Assembly: GCA_976551045.1 (NCBI GenBank)
Contig: CDPCPM010000017.1
Location: forward strand, 7,316,001 to 7,380,000
Origin: Glaucostegus cemiculus
Lineage: Eukaryota
Direction of reading: 5' to 3'
Length of the DNA: 64,000 nt
Both the position numbers and the translations under genes were made by a program. The notes under the pieces were generated by a model that was not told the DNA's origin, did no database searches, and saw only the letters and a list, made by a program, of their open reading frames with translations. Shown here one piece after another: positions 23,611-36,499 of the stretch (position 1 is the stretch's first letter; every line of letters starts with the position of its first letter).

Positions 23611-26051
23611 CTGAAAAGGTTCAGGGATACAACTTAGAATGAAGAGCAGAGAAAAAATTCTTATAACTAGTAAATGACCTTGCAGTGGGAGAGATCCAAT
23701 GGGATTGATGAACTGCAGCGTGGTTATGGAATTAGCTGCCAGAATAATTATTCTTCCTCCTAATGTGCCATCATAAGAAGACAAGGTGCAATTCTAAAAA
23801 GAAATCGACTGCACAAATAGCTCTCATCTACCCTTTTTAGACTCAAATGCCAATTGCTGCACAGAATGTAGCTCGAGTCGGTTTCCGACAGTTCTCTGCA
23901 GTGTTTCTGGATGAAATGGCAGAAAGCATACCTATAAATGAAGGTTTAATTCCTTAGCTTCAGACCTTCACCAGTTCTGCAGCTGTGCGAGACTGGTGAA
24001 AAGGCTAAGCATCTTTTTTTAAACATGTACTTCACGGAAAGTATCAGAAAGGTGCAAATTGAATGACCACATTGGTTGTCATCCATATTTTTAATTATAC
24101 AGTTGACAACATTCAGCTCATTACATAAGAGGAAAGCAAGAAACCATGATGCTTATCTGTTTAAAAGGAATAGTTAGAGCACTGTATACATATTCTAACA
24201 ATTTAAATAAACAAGCGCACTTAACTGTATTAACAGCAAAAAACACACACTGCAAGAAGATATCACCAAAAGCAAAATCAACACTAACTTGCTTTATTGA
24301 GCAATATAAACATCATATTGTAAAGAATATAGCATTTAGAAATGTTACTAAATTGCATTTTTAAATCACCGTGAGTCTTTATGTTCAGCCTGAAAACCCA
24401 AATCAAGTAGATTTATACATGTGATATTATGCAGCAAAACTAGGATATACGAGATATTTTCATACAAGGTGTAGGCAGTTTCCATGACATATAACCTACC
24501 CAGCACCTCGAGGAGGAAATTCTTTTGCATTTAACTATGGATTTTACATATATCCAAATCCACATCATCCTTACTTTTATCACATTTGTGACAGAACAAT
24601 CATCAGTTGAGAATGTTTCCACTCAAATTAGGTTGGGAAGGGGACTACAGAGTAACAGATATTCTTTGTTATCCATATCAACAAAATAAAAAAATCGCAT
24701 TTGAATTCTGAATGGGCAGAAGTGGTCAAAACAGGGCTTGTTGTTTGTAAATTTGTCTTGTTTCCACTATGAATTAGTGTATAATAATTAATTTCAGCTA
24801 ATAATACTTCCGAATTAAATGTTCACATTAACTCTGAAATCTCATGTAGGGTCATTAGAATTATATTCATGCCATAAAGAAACAGTATAAATGGTATTTA
24901 TAAATCATATTTCATTTAGACTGAAGCTTGGCCTTCAGAAATATTGTTATCCATCAATAGAATCTTAATTACATATCTATTAACAATGTGTAGAGTTGGC
25001 AGTAAACCATCAACATATTCAGTAAAAAATCTGTTAACTCTACAAATTTTCTGGATGTTCTTACAGGAGCCCAGATTCATATCTGATTTTAGGTGCTACT
25101 TTTTTTGCCTGGAAATAGATTATGCTTTCTTCAGATGACTGAACCATGTACATTCAATCCTGATTCATTATAGTGACCATTTCCAGTCAGCAGATTCACA
25201 CCCAATAACATCACCTGAATGGGCAACTTCAGAACTGACTGAAGTATACAGAGTATGCTGAAACAAATAACAATGTTTTCGCCAGAATTTAGCTGCTGAC
25301 CTATTTATGTAACAAGTGCCTCAGTCGAGACACTGCTTACATACTTCATTATTGGAGTAACTTTATGGCTACGGCTGGCCAGTTACACTGCCATGGTCAA
25401 GGTCACCCAATTTCAGCCAGTGAACTACTATGTGCAGACACTGGTACATGCACATGTTCAGAGGCCAAGCTGACTCACAAGTGAGAGAGAATGGTCCTTG
25501 TACTGAACATCCATTAAAAAAAAGAGAGGCCTTCAGCCAACCTGCCCCCATTAACCAACAACCCCCTTCAATGACAAGGACCTAAAATAAGGCCTCATGA
25601 AACATGGACCGCCTTCCCATGTCTCAAGTCATCTCTTAGGGAAGGTAGACAATGATGATGAAAGTCTCCACCGTACCAGTTCATCCTTTGACCAAATGGG
25701 GAAAAGAATGGAGATGTGGGAAAGTTCAAGACCTCAAACCTGGCACAATTATCATAGTCTATTGGATTGCAGTGACCTCGGTCCTCCTGTAAACATCAGA
25801 GAAATAGACAACCTCCAGTAGGCACTTCAAAAATCTGGAAAGCTTCTATCAGCTGTTTCTACAAAGGCTCCCTAATCCACTGCCAGAAACTTTGCTGTTG
25901 TCCAGTATCAAAATATCATGAGTTCTTGTGTGGTAGGAGCCTGTTTGTACAAATAGGGTCACATTTAGAAGTAATCTTTAGCATTTTCCTCCTGGTCATT
26001 CTGATTTTTAGACCCTTATGGAAAAGTCAAGCCTGGTATCTAATTTCTTCT

Positions 26052-26375
26052 GGTCTAGTGCCAGCGCAGTTGAATCACTACTGCAGTAGCCTGGGTTCAG
26101 TGCTGACTTGTGTACCATCTGTGTGAAGTTTGCATGTTCTCCCTGTGACCATGTGGGTTTCCATGCTCTAATTTCTTCACACATACCAAAGATGTGATGG
26201 TTGTAAGATGCAAGATATTTGAGTACTGGAGGTTAACCCTAGTGTAGGTGGATGGTGGGAGAATTAAAGGGGAGTTAATAGGTATACGTGAGAGAATAGA
26301 GAGAAATAAGGGGAAATGGGAGCATTCTGAGAGCTGACAGAAACGTGATGGGCTGAGGGGCCTTATTCTGTGCTG
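26052..26375 (+). mobile_element. Degraded V-SINE (HE1-like)
   Basis: ctgggttcagtgctgac..tgtgtgaagtttgcatgttctccctgtgaccatgtgggtttcc..ccaaagatgtg, with tail gatgggctgaggggccttattctgtgctgt. Confidence 0.75.
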
Positions 26376-26924
26376 TGAGGAATTAAAAGAGTTATGTGCA
26401 ACTGAACAACCATATTTTCAACGAATGTCGTGTGAGACACTGGGAATGGCATCATCCTTGTTTATTGGTGGCATGTTTTTGTATGAAAATCCATGTACAA
26501 CTGACACTTGCCCTTTAGGTACACAATTAGTAACAGACTCCTATTCTTCCCACAAATAAACAAGTAATTGCATAGAAATTACTATTTTTAGAGAATATAA
26601 CTGGCATTAATTAGGGCATTGAATTAAATAATTATCTGAATTACAAAACTGTATATGCACTGTCTAAAGTCTTTGTAAAATGAAGGGCTTTTATGTCCAC
26701 TTGGCTCCAAGGCTGGATTGTCACACTGGCTGCCATAATCTTTCCACAACTAATGCAGGGTTCCAATTCCCAAAGCATGCTGATACACACTGACACACAA
26801 ACCAAGTGCCACTTTACCTCAGTGCTGATTTCTGGACTGTAATGTTTAACAACCACCAAATGCTTTTTACAAATTCCATGCTTTTTTCTATCAATAACTG
26901 CCTTTAATTTATTTTATTCATGTA

Positions 26925-27200
26925 CACGCCCAGTTGACTGTGAGGAGACAGTTAGGGGTCAACTAAATTGGTGTTTTTGGAGCAACATTTCAGTCAGACT
27001 GAGTAACGTCGGCAGTTTTCCCTCCATGAAGAACATTAGTGAGCCTGATGAGAATATAACGACAATCAGATTCACTATGACTGGCACTAGATTTTTATTC
27101 CAAATTTATTTAATTATTTTAATTTAAATTCTTCAACTGCTGTGATGGGATTCAAACTCATGACCGATGGTCCAAGTCCAGTAATTTAGACACTATGCTC
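26925..27200 (-). mobile_element. Old tRNA-derived SINE (elasmobranch family)
   Basis: Reverse B-box-like gggattcaaactc near 27150. Body text (cagttaggggtcaac..cagttttccctccatgaagaacattagtgagcc) recurs in degraded form at 44110-44200. Confidence 0.55.
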
Positions 27201-27284
27201 GCTTGCAGTGTTGACCCATGATAATCAAAGGGGTTAAGCCTTCAATCCCTAGAATTTATATGCACAATATCCTGACCACAGAAA

Positions 27285-27389
27285 GGGGGGGGGGGGGGGG
27301 GGGGAGAGAGCGCGAGAGCGCGAGAGCGCGAGAGCGCGAGAGCGCGAGAGCGCGAGAGCGCGAGAGCGCGAGAGCGCGAGAGCGCGAGA
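27285..27389. repeat. G20 homopolymer followed by a perfect (AGAGCGCG)10 octamer array
   Basis: G run at 27285-27304; ten exact 8-mers at 27307-27386. Confidence 0.97.
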
Positions 27390-27554
27390 AATGCATCATA
27401 AAAACAAGAGTGCAGAGCAAAGCAAAGGCCTGGAGATTTAATTACTGTATTGGAGGTTAGAAAAGAAATTCAAATTCTTCCAGTTTTGTTTCAGAGTACA
27501 CTATGCACCATTGATGGGATAACATAAGAAATGCACAGAAATATGCCATTACAC

Positions 27555-27950
27555 AGCAACTTACAATAATGGTATTTATAACATAATAAGATGTTTCAAG
27601 CACTGCACAGAAACATTATCAGACAAATTCTAATGCCAAACTATGCCAGAAGGCTTTAGCTAGATCAAAGAAGTTCATTCAAGGGTATTTAAGGTGGTAA
27701 GAGGACACAGCAGTAGAGGGACTTAGAAAGGGGATTCCAAAGACTGGGGACTAGACAATTGAACAGATGTCTATTAATGGTGAGGAAATTAAATTCAGGA
27801 GACATAAAGGAGGTCGGAACTGGATGAGCAGAGAGATCTTGAAGGGTTGCAGGAAGTTAAAGAGCTACAAAGAGGAGATGTAATGAACAAATGTGAAAAC
27901 ATGGTTGAAATGCTGATATCTGGGTGTTATTGGACCTGGAGCTACGAGTA
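27555..27950 (-). mobile_element. L2 LINE 3' region, degraded
   Basis: Reverse-complement similarity by eye to the + strand L2 copy at 34900-35620 (gggattccaaagactggggactaga vs ttccttcagctc..tggaatt). Confidence 0.55.
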
Positions 27951-30900
27951 CACATTGTATCATGCCCAACACAATGCAGAAATATTTACTGTAGTTACTT
28001 CCTCTCATCCATGCCAGCTCATCTTCAGTAGGCATTGATTTCTTGATAAAGTAGTTTCGTGGACAATGGTATCTCCTCGAGCAGTTCCCATGTGAGCATT
28101 TTTTAATGTGAGGCTCACTGTGATTAAATACAAGAATATCCCAGCTAGGGTGGAAACTGTGACAGACTTTCTTCTCTCAAACTCAAGGGCACTGACACCA
28201 ATTACCACACCTCAATTGCTTCTGGGCCTGAGATAAATCACACACTAGATTGAACTTGGCAACTTTCGAGCCCATGAAGCTTATTGAGTAAACTCAAAGC
28301 CATTGAAGAAATTATTCCATCATATTTATTACATAAGTATTACTCTCACAAATTTGAATCCTTATTTTTCCAGTTTTAAGCTTCATTTACTTTCAGTAAT
28401 TTAGGACAGTGGAAGCAAAGATGGGAAAAAGAACTACTATTAAACAGATATATCTGAAACGATGTGTGTAATTGTCAATCCACGATGGAGCCTTTGTTGC
28501 AACAGGACATGTATAAAGCTTTCCTCTATTACACCGAAGGCTGATAAAGTTAGTATCGTGAATTAATCCACAAAATCAACAAGAACACAAGGATATGTGC
28601 AAATGGAACTAAAGACAATGATTAGAAATAACTTGTGTACAAATTTTCTCTATTGTGCTTCCCCTTCTTCTCAAAGATGCTAGCTTGAGAGATTGGAGGT
28701 ATTGTGTGCCTCACCAGTACCTCATTCAACTGAGTGGCAGAAGCTCAAATATTGAATTAGGAAGATAATTTGACCATGCAGATCCAACACAGTTGTTCCT
28801 AATCTTTTTCTCAATGTCTGTACATGTATTTTCCAATGGGAGTTATTTGATATCAACCAGGAGAGGGAACTTTAGCCAAAATTCTTCTTCACTTTCCTGA
28901 GCACATTATAGCTAATTATAGTGCATCTTCCCCTGATGACACCAGCAGCTAAATGAGCACACAGCTAAAGCTAACCCTGGATTTTCTCACAATGCACCAT
29001 TTAACCACTGAATGGCAGGGTGAAACTATTTTTAACAAATCAATTGGAAATGAGATGATATGCAAGTGTGACTCATAGTGTATTTTTCCAAAAGAATCAT
29101 TTAACCATTACAATAAACTACCTTCAAATACAGACACAATTAGCTCCACACATTTAAACAATGAAAACTAAAGTAAAAGGACCTAAGAAACAAAGTTTCA
29201 TCATCAATTGTCTATTTAGTGCTTAAAAAAGCTAATACATTTTCCATAATGAGTTAGTAACTAATTGCAAGGTGTATAAATGGACTAAGAAATATGCAGT
29301 TAGTGTTGTCATAGAAGGCAAAGAATGCACAAGGACCTGGACAAACAATTTTTTTTTCATAGCGCAATTAATATTGCAGCAATTATATGTGTTCTTATGG
29401 TACAAGGAAGCTTAACCTTTCATACAAATAGCTCCAAAATGATTGATCTCTACGAATCTGAAGTGATGCAATCATTTTATCAATGTGATGGATAACTTTT
29501 AGTAAATGATAAACTCAAATTTTAACAAAACAAAATAATAATTGGTTTGGAGAATTCTGCCAGGTTGCATCAAGATGAATTTTGATATGGTTCCGGCTCT
29601 ATACATCCTTTTACAACTAACTGGCTCAAAGGATTCAGAATTAAATTACATAGGGCAGAGAAGGAAAGTCTGAGCAGTCAATAAAAATTCATTGCAATGA
29701 CACCAGAGTGCATTACAGTTTCTTAACCCCTTTTGAGATTTGTCATTCAGATTGCTTTCATTTGCTGTCACCCATTGCCACCAATAACTGCCACAGCGCA
29801 CAGTGAGACACCACCGAGGGACTGGCAGACACAGTGAGAAAGTTGTTTCATTTCCCCAATGTCTCACACTCACATGTAGATAATCCACTTAGAGTATGCT
29901 GGAGGTAAACATATATCAGTACATACCAGAAATCAATTGGAATTTCAATTCTCCTTTTGGTGTTGTCAAGGCTTCTATTCCTTGGGCTGATTTGAGCTTT
30001 AAACCCTGTCCTTCTAAAGGGAAAGATTAGTTATTTGTACTGATCATGGGTTTTGGCACAACCTTCCTCTTGATATCCTCATTTTTTTCCCTTTAGTATT
30101 GTTACTGCTAACCAACATGGCATTTTCTTTGAGCTGTGAAGATAGAATTTCTCACTTTGGCAGCTGCAGATGCAGCTTCCCAATCAGCTGAAAGTTGGTA
30201 ATGGTTTGTCTTCTTGAGGCAGAGGGCTGCGCTTGTGCTGTGGTCTGCTGAGAACTGGCAAGGCTCACCCAGTGAGCGCCAGCAAAATGAATTGACAGGC
30301 ACAGCTGGGATTTAAACACATCCCCCACTATGGAGTATATATATTGCTTATACAATTGTTAAAATGCTCCTATTTCTATCATTAAACTACCATTTGTAAA
30401 CACAACCAACCATCAAGCACCACGTCTGTACGTGGAATAATTTGGGATGTCTGAAGATAGAACAGTACTTTAGCGATGCAATCTTTTTAAAAAAAAATGA
30501 TTCTGCCTTTAATGTGAAACAAACTTACTTTGCATCAAGACAATGAATGCAGTGTAATTACATACTAAGATTTCTACTACTAAAGTGACTACTTAAGCAG
30601 CTTTTGAATTGCAGTTGTGAAGCAAGGATTATTTTTCTATTTTGACCAATTGGTTCAGTTTCTTTGCCTCTCTTACCTCAGAGATGAAGGCAAATTATCC
30701 AACTAGCATCAGCTCATAGTCTTTAACCACAGACGACAAAGTGTATAAAACAAATAGTTTCCCAAATGGCTTTCGATCTGAAATGAGGTTTTAGGATATC
30801 TCTGTCAACACAACCAATAGCACCAAGAAAAAACAATACTAAACCTCCACACTAATAAGACTAGAGGGATAAATCTTCAGATTTCAATACGCTTCATATT

Positions 30901-32879
30901 GTACTGAAATCTTCTGATTTCAATTATCCACTCTTCATTGATAAAAATAAAAGTTCCATTATTGCTTTCTTGTTTGTGAATTATTTTCACACAAGTTGCA
31001 AATCTTGCAAGTAAACTATTTCAATGTACTATTCATTTCTGAATGAAGATATTTAAAAGGCATTTTTTTTTTTACAGAATTCAAGAAAATCCCCTGCTAA
31101 TATCTGAAACTTTAATTAGCTCATTAAGAGCATGGGCAAGACTAATGCATCTTCATAACATGTCTTAATTTTACATAGTAAAAGTATTACTATTCATGAA
31201 TGTTCTAAAACCAACAATAATTATGAAATAACTACCATTTAATTAAATGATTTATTCAAACCAAGAGATGATCACACTTCGTCCAAATTACTTCAACCAA
31301 AATGTTGCCGTTAGATTTAATTGCTACCTCTGGCAGAATTATGGTTTCTTTTTTTACAGGAATTATTGCCATTAAACCCTCACATAAATGGTACTGTAAG
31401 ATTATTTGATTTATAAAAATAATGGCAAATATATAGCCTCTCCATTTGGGAATATAAACCACCTTAACCTGGTGAAAGCAGAAACTGAACTTTGAACAGT
31501 CCCTTGATTCTCTGGCCTCTTTTAGCATCATGCTCAGAACGCCACCAGTTAATGCGCAAACAACAGAAACAGCACCTGAATGCAGTCACTACACCAACTG
31601 CAACAGCCCCTGACAGTTGGATTAAGGATTTGCTCCTTAAAGATTAAAAGGAACACTACCAGTCCATGGGACCCCAAAAGGACAAGGGGGTGGGGAGTGA
31701 GGGAAGAGGAATGAATATTGAAGAGGTTAGTACAGTAAGTTTGCCAAGAATCTCAGAGAAAGAAAGAAAATCTGCTTTAAAGTTTATCAATAATGCTATA
31801 ATGCCACAGTACATTTGATGAACAGTTAACTGAAATATTTCAAAAGTACTACGTGGACAGACACTCTGGATATGGGCAAATAGGTTTGATAACATAAACA
31901 GTTATTTCTGGAATAAAGCACCCTTAAGACTTCGTGGATCCAGATTATTGAATACATCTCATTGAATAGCCAGTGAAAAGAATAAGAGTGCTAAATAATA
32001 ATTTGGAGAAGACAGTAATTAAAATTAGTCCATTTTTATAAAGACATTAATTTTACATCTTGCCTCCAATGCTTAAAATATCCATTTTCTATTCCTTCCT
32101 CAAACATGCATCCATTTTCTTTTTAAAAGCTATTAATAGGCTTTGCTTACACCCTTATTTCTGTTATCTCACTCTATGAATCGAAACAAATAGCATTTTT
32201 ATACAAAATATATTTCTGCAACAAAATACCCAAGCATCACCTAAATTATGCCTTCTCATAATCAACTTATTAACAAGAGAAAATAGTTTTTGTCCACTCA
32301 TCTTACCAAAATCCTTCCTGATTTTAAATGCATCAGACTGCCCCTTGCTTCTTTTGGTTTATTGGCAGCAGACTGGGTTTCTGTAATTTCATTTAAAGAA
32401 ACTGGCATCATTTCCTGAACGGGGCACAATAAGCTGCACCATCTGAAACCGAATTCTGGAATTCTCTCCAATAAAAGTCTGTGAATGCTGGGTCAGTTGC
32501 AATTTCAAGACAGACATCAATCAGATGTCAAAGTGAGTAAACAGAATCAAGAGACTGATCCGAAAACACCTGAAATATAATTGAAGTTTATGTAAAGTAT
32601 TCTACGTGTGGTCTCACCAAAGTCTCATACTAACTAGAGCAAGACTGATTCTATTTTTCCCCAAGTGATATCTTATCAACCACCTCTTTCTATCCCTTTT
32701 CCAGGTTCTTTGTATAGTCATTACAGCTCACTTTCCAGTGTAATTCTGCATCATTAGCGACTTGAAGCAACACATAGTGTCTTTTCAAAGTTGCTCATCT
32801 TGACTTTTAATTGCCCAATTCTGATTCTCGTGGTGCCTGCCAGACTGAGGGAGGGCTGCAGTAGAGGTGAGGTAACCAG

Positions 32880-33100
32880 TTAATGGTTTCTGATTTACTT
32901 CCTTTCATGTACAGCGGTGTCACATTTACTATCTTCCAATTCACTGGGCCTGTTTCAGAATATAGGGAACTTTGGAAGATAACCCCAATACAATCTGCAT
33001 TTCTGTAGCCACCTCTTTCAGATTCTGGCAAGCTGGCCATCAGTTCCAAAGGATTAGTCTTGTCTCAGTCCCCTTAACTCCTTTGGTATGTTCTCTTTCG
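32880..33100 (-). mobile_element. CR1 RT fragment
   Basis: IFQSSL..G.P.NWKIVNVTPLYMKG resembles CR1 IFQSSLDSG.VP.DWKIANVTPLFKKG. Confidence 0.7.
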
Positions 33101-33119
33101 TGATTTTGTTTTTATTCAT

Positions 33120-33290
33120 TTAAGACATGTGGGCTTTGCCAATTGAGCCAGCATTTAAATGCCCACTCCCAATTGCTCTTGATAGGGTGGTAATGAGCTG
33201 CCTTCTTGGAGCACTGCAGTCTTTGATGTGGGGGTGCACCCACAATGATGTCAGGGAGGGAGTTCCGGGATTTGGATCTCGTGATTGAAG
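33120..33290 (-). mobile_element. 3' end of the LINE family seen at 59170-61100
   Basis: gccagcatttaaatgcccactcccaattgctcttgatagggtggt matches gccagcatttcttgctcatccctaattgtccttgggaaggtagt near 59195. Confidence 0.65.
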
Positions 33291-33461
33291 TTGCCTTGTT
33301 GTCACCGTCTTCCCATTATTTCCATTTTCTTTATTGTAACTTCTAATGGTGAAGACTAATACAAATATTTGTTTGATAGCCCAGTGATTTCTTTATTTGC
33401 AATTCCAACTTTTTCTTCCTTTCCCTTCAAAGCCATTGATTTGTACTTTTCTTTTTCATAG

Positions 33462-33685
33462 ACAAGAACATTAAAAAGGAGTAATCCACGCAATCCTCAA
33501 GCCTGCCCTGCCATTCAAATAGGCTGATCTATATCAGCCTCAACAACTCTTCTGTGCCCAGTTCCCCACAGCCTCCAATTCCCTCATCTTTCAATAATTT
33601 ATCTGCATCCTCTAAATATTCTCAATGATCTAGCCTGCACAACCCTCCGAGGTGGAGAATTCCAGAGATTCACCACCCTCTGCAA
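33462..33685 (-). mobile_element. CR1 LINE 3' terminus
   Basis: aagaacattaaaaaggagta..gcctgccctgccattcaa..gagaattccagagattcaccaccctctg is the reverse complement of a CR1 3' end. Confidence 0.75.
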
Positions 33686-34539
33686 GGGCTGTGCATTTAC
33701 AGATGAAGTTCCATAGCCCAGCCAAATAAAAACTGAAGTTGGGCATTTTGCTGTGAGCTCATTCTTTCAATGTGATTGTGGCTGCTCTGTAACATAAATA
33801 ATATACATAACTGAAAAGGTATTTTATTAACATAAAACAATGTGTAATGGACTTAAATGAACCATACACCTAGAATGAATTACTCTTCCTGTTTCGAGTT
33901 TCCAGAAGAGTTAAAAGCTCTGCCACTATTTCCATGCAGATGCAAGTCATAGTTTCACTCCTGAAAGGCTTGTCTCCAATTTATAAGACCATGCACCAAG
34001 TGTTAGACTTTTCACGAACAGAAATTATTTCCGTCTAAATTCACGGTTCCTATTACCATCACAAAACTTTAACCATCGCCCTAAATTCCAGGTAACATCA
34101 TCTGAGTTTGCGTGTAATCTCTCAGTTTAACCTTTGGAGTTGAGGTGGACTTCTGGGAAATCTATCCTGGAGTCCGTACAAGGTCAATATATTTTTCCTA
34201 ACTTTCAGTCCTTACGTAATATTTTATGACCTTTTGTCAATGATTTCCCCCCCAGCCCCCCCCCAGTCTTCATTTAGTTATATCTCCATCCCCACCCCAC
34301 ATCCAATATATCTTTTCTATCTATCTGTACACGATCTCTGTAACTGACACTTCCTTCCACATCATAAACAATGCCGCCTATCTCTGAGCTATCATCAAAT
34401 TTGAATATATGGACTTTTATCCCACTACCAAAGTTGTTTTCTTACAAAAAATGCGTGGACACAAACCTTTGTGGGAATCTGACAGACCAATTTGGGCATC
34501 TGCTTGTTATGCCCGCTCGGGTAGTCGTGGAGAGAGGAA

Positions 34540-35620
34540 TGATTTTATAAGGCTCCTCTAAAACATTTCTTTACATTTTTTTCTTCCCTCACCATTACCC
34601 GAGGCTTAATTTGACTGAATTGAACTCTGACCCCATATCCTTTCCTCCTCTATTTGGCACTTAGTTACACCTCAACAAAATTTCTCATCATTCCTCAGCC
34701 CAATAGCTGATGGAAGTCTACTCTATGCTCCTCCAGTTGCCATCTTCTGTGACCATTTGCCTGACCATCTCCTCACCTTCTCCATGACCACCTGTTTCCA
34801 CATAGCAGACACTTAAGCTTGGTCAAAGCTTGGGAGCCTGACCTTAACACACAAAATCCTGTTCTGACATCATTTTGCCTCAACGAACTACACCAGCTCC
34901 CGAACTGGCAAAAACTAAAATGTGACATTTTTCCCGTGTAAACTCTCCTGTAGTCTCAACACATCTGAAGCTCTGCAACTCTTAAAGATCTCTTTCTCTG
35001 AATTCTTCTTGTATTCCAGATTTCCTTTGACTCACTATTGATGGCCGTTCCTTCAGCTCGTCAGACTAATCTCTTGGAATTTTGTCCCAAAGCACTCTGC
35101 CTCACTACTTCACTCTCTGCGTTTATAAAGGTCCTTAAAACTATTTCATCTGAACTTTTAGTTGCCTGTTAGGAGTTTAGAATGAGAAGTGATTTCATTT
35201 AAATTAAGTTCTTATAGGGCATGACAGGTTAATTGCAAGGATGGCTGGTGTTGCTAGAACCAGTGGTCACAGTCGTAAAGAGGTTGATCATTCAGGACAG
35301 ATGAACAGAAGTTTCTTCACTAGAAGGGTTGCGAATCTTTGGAATTCACCACCCATGGCAGCTGTGGAGACTCGTTCACTGAGGATATACAAGAGACCGG
35401 TAGATTTTTAGATATTAAAAGGATCAAGGGATATGGAGGTTGGTCCTGGAAAGTGGTTCTGAGGTCAGCCATCATCTCAATGAACAGCTGAGTAGGCCCA
35501 ATGGCCCAATGGCCTACTCCACTATTTCTTAGCTTTTCTTTCTCCTTATGTAACTTGGTTTCAAGACTGTATCATAATGTTTCTGTGAGGCAATTTCCAA
35601 CACCAAAGCTGCAACTTGTT
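34540..35620 (+). mobile_element. Degraded L2 LINE 3' portion, interrupted by CR1 at about 35170-35531
   Basis: attgatggccgttccttcagc..tggaatt..ctctgcctc..ccttaaaact is the L2 ORF2 end; the L2-type tail resumes after 35531. Confidence 0.55.
35170..35531 (+). mobile_element. CR1 LINE 3' fragment nested in L2
   Basis: gaatgagaagtgatttcatt..tttcttcactagaagggttgcgaatctttggaattc..gatcaagggatatgg..aatggcctactcc. Confidence 0.8.
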
Positions 35621-36499
35621 GACCTGAATAAAACAAACTGTAGATGGTTGTGAATTAAAATATAAATGATTTTTTTTTAAAAGCTCACTTACAGTTTTAA
35701 ACTAATCATCTCATTAACTGCACACACACAAGATTCTGGCAATGTTGTAGTTGCAGCTGCAGTGACCACCCCCGCCCCAAGTAGCCATAGTTTTTCTTGA
35801 GGACATGCTACTTTTCCATGTTTATTATCCTCATTTTTGTTTGAAACTGCCCCCGGCATTTTAGGCTGTGTGACTGTGGACATGGACAGAGTCCTTCAGA
35901 AAGCAGTCTCTTGTGGGAAGGTGTCTGATCTCCACACATCAGACTCCCAGTGGGACACAATTTAAGGTCACACACTCTGCAGAGTGAGACTCAAGGAAAA
36001 TCAGGATGATACCAATTGCTGATCTAAATAAACCTTGCCACTCAATCTATTTCCCCATACCCAATATTACCAAATCAACTGTAGTATATTTTGTACTCAT
36101 CAGTACTACAATTTTGGAATGGCTGCCAATGAATGATATTTATTAATGGCAAGTTCAAAGTATAAAAATATTAAAGAAAACAATAATAAATTACCAAATA
36201 TCCAGTACATCATAAAAGTCAAAATAAATTATCCTCTTTTTCAACATTTTAAAATCAATTGGAAGAAAAGCTTAGATGTAAAAATCCCAGCTATCAAATC
36301 CGTGCTTTGTGGACAACAGTTACAACATTCGCACAGATTCCTAGGACAACTAAACACCCGACCACTTCAACAATTTATAAACACTAACTAATAACATAAC
36401 CCTAGCTTTACACTTAATCTGGTTTATGATCACTCAGCCAAGATATTACTCAATAACAGATAAACAAAAGATACTTACTTTCAATCAGCACTTCAATTA

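Noticed and set aside
27218-27460. ORF with GGGGGG-RERESARA repeats
   Set aside because: Translation of the G-run and octamer microsatellite.
35685-35705. Possible 9-nt microexon TAG|TTTAAAACT|GTAAGT
   Set aside because: Purine-rich upstream sequence with no pyrimidine tract, and it would interrupt SAM2.
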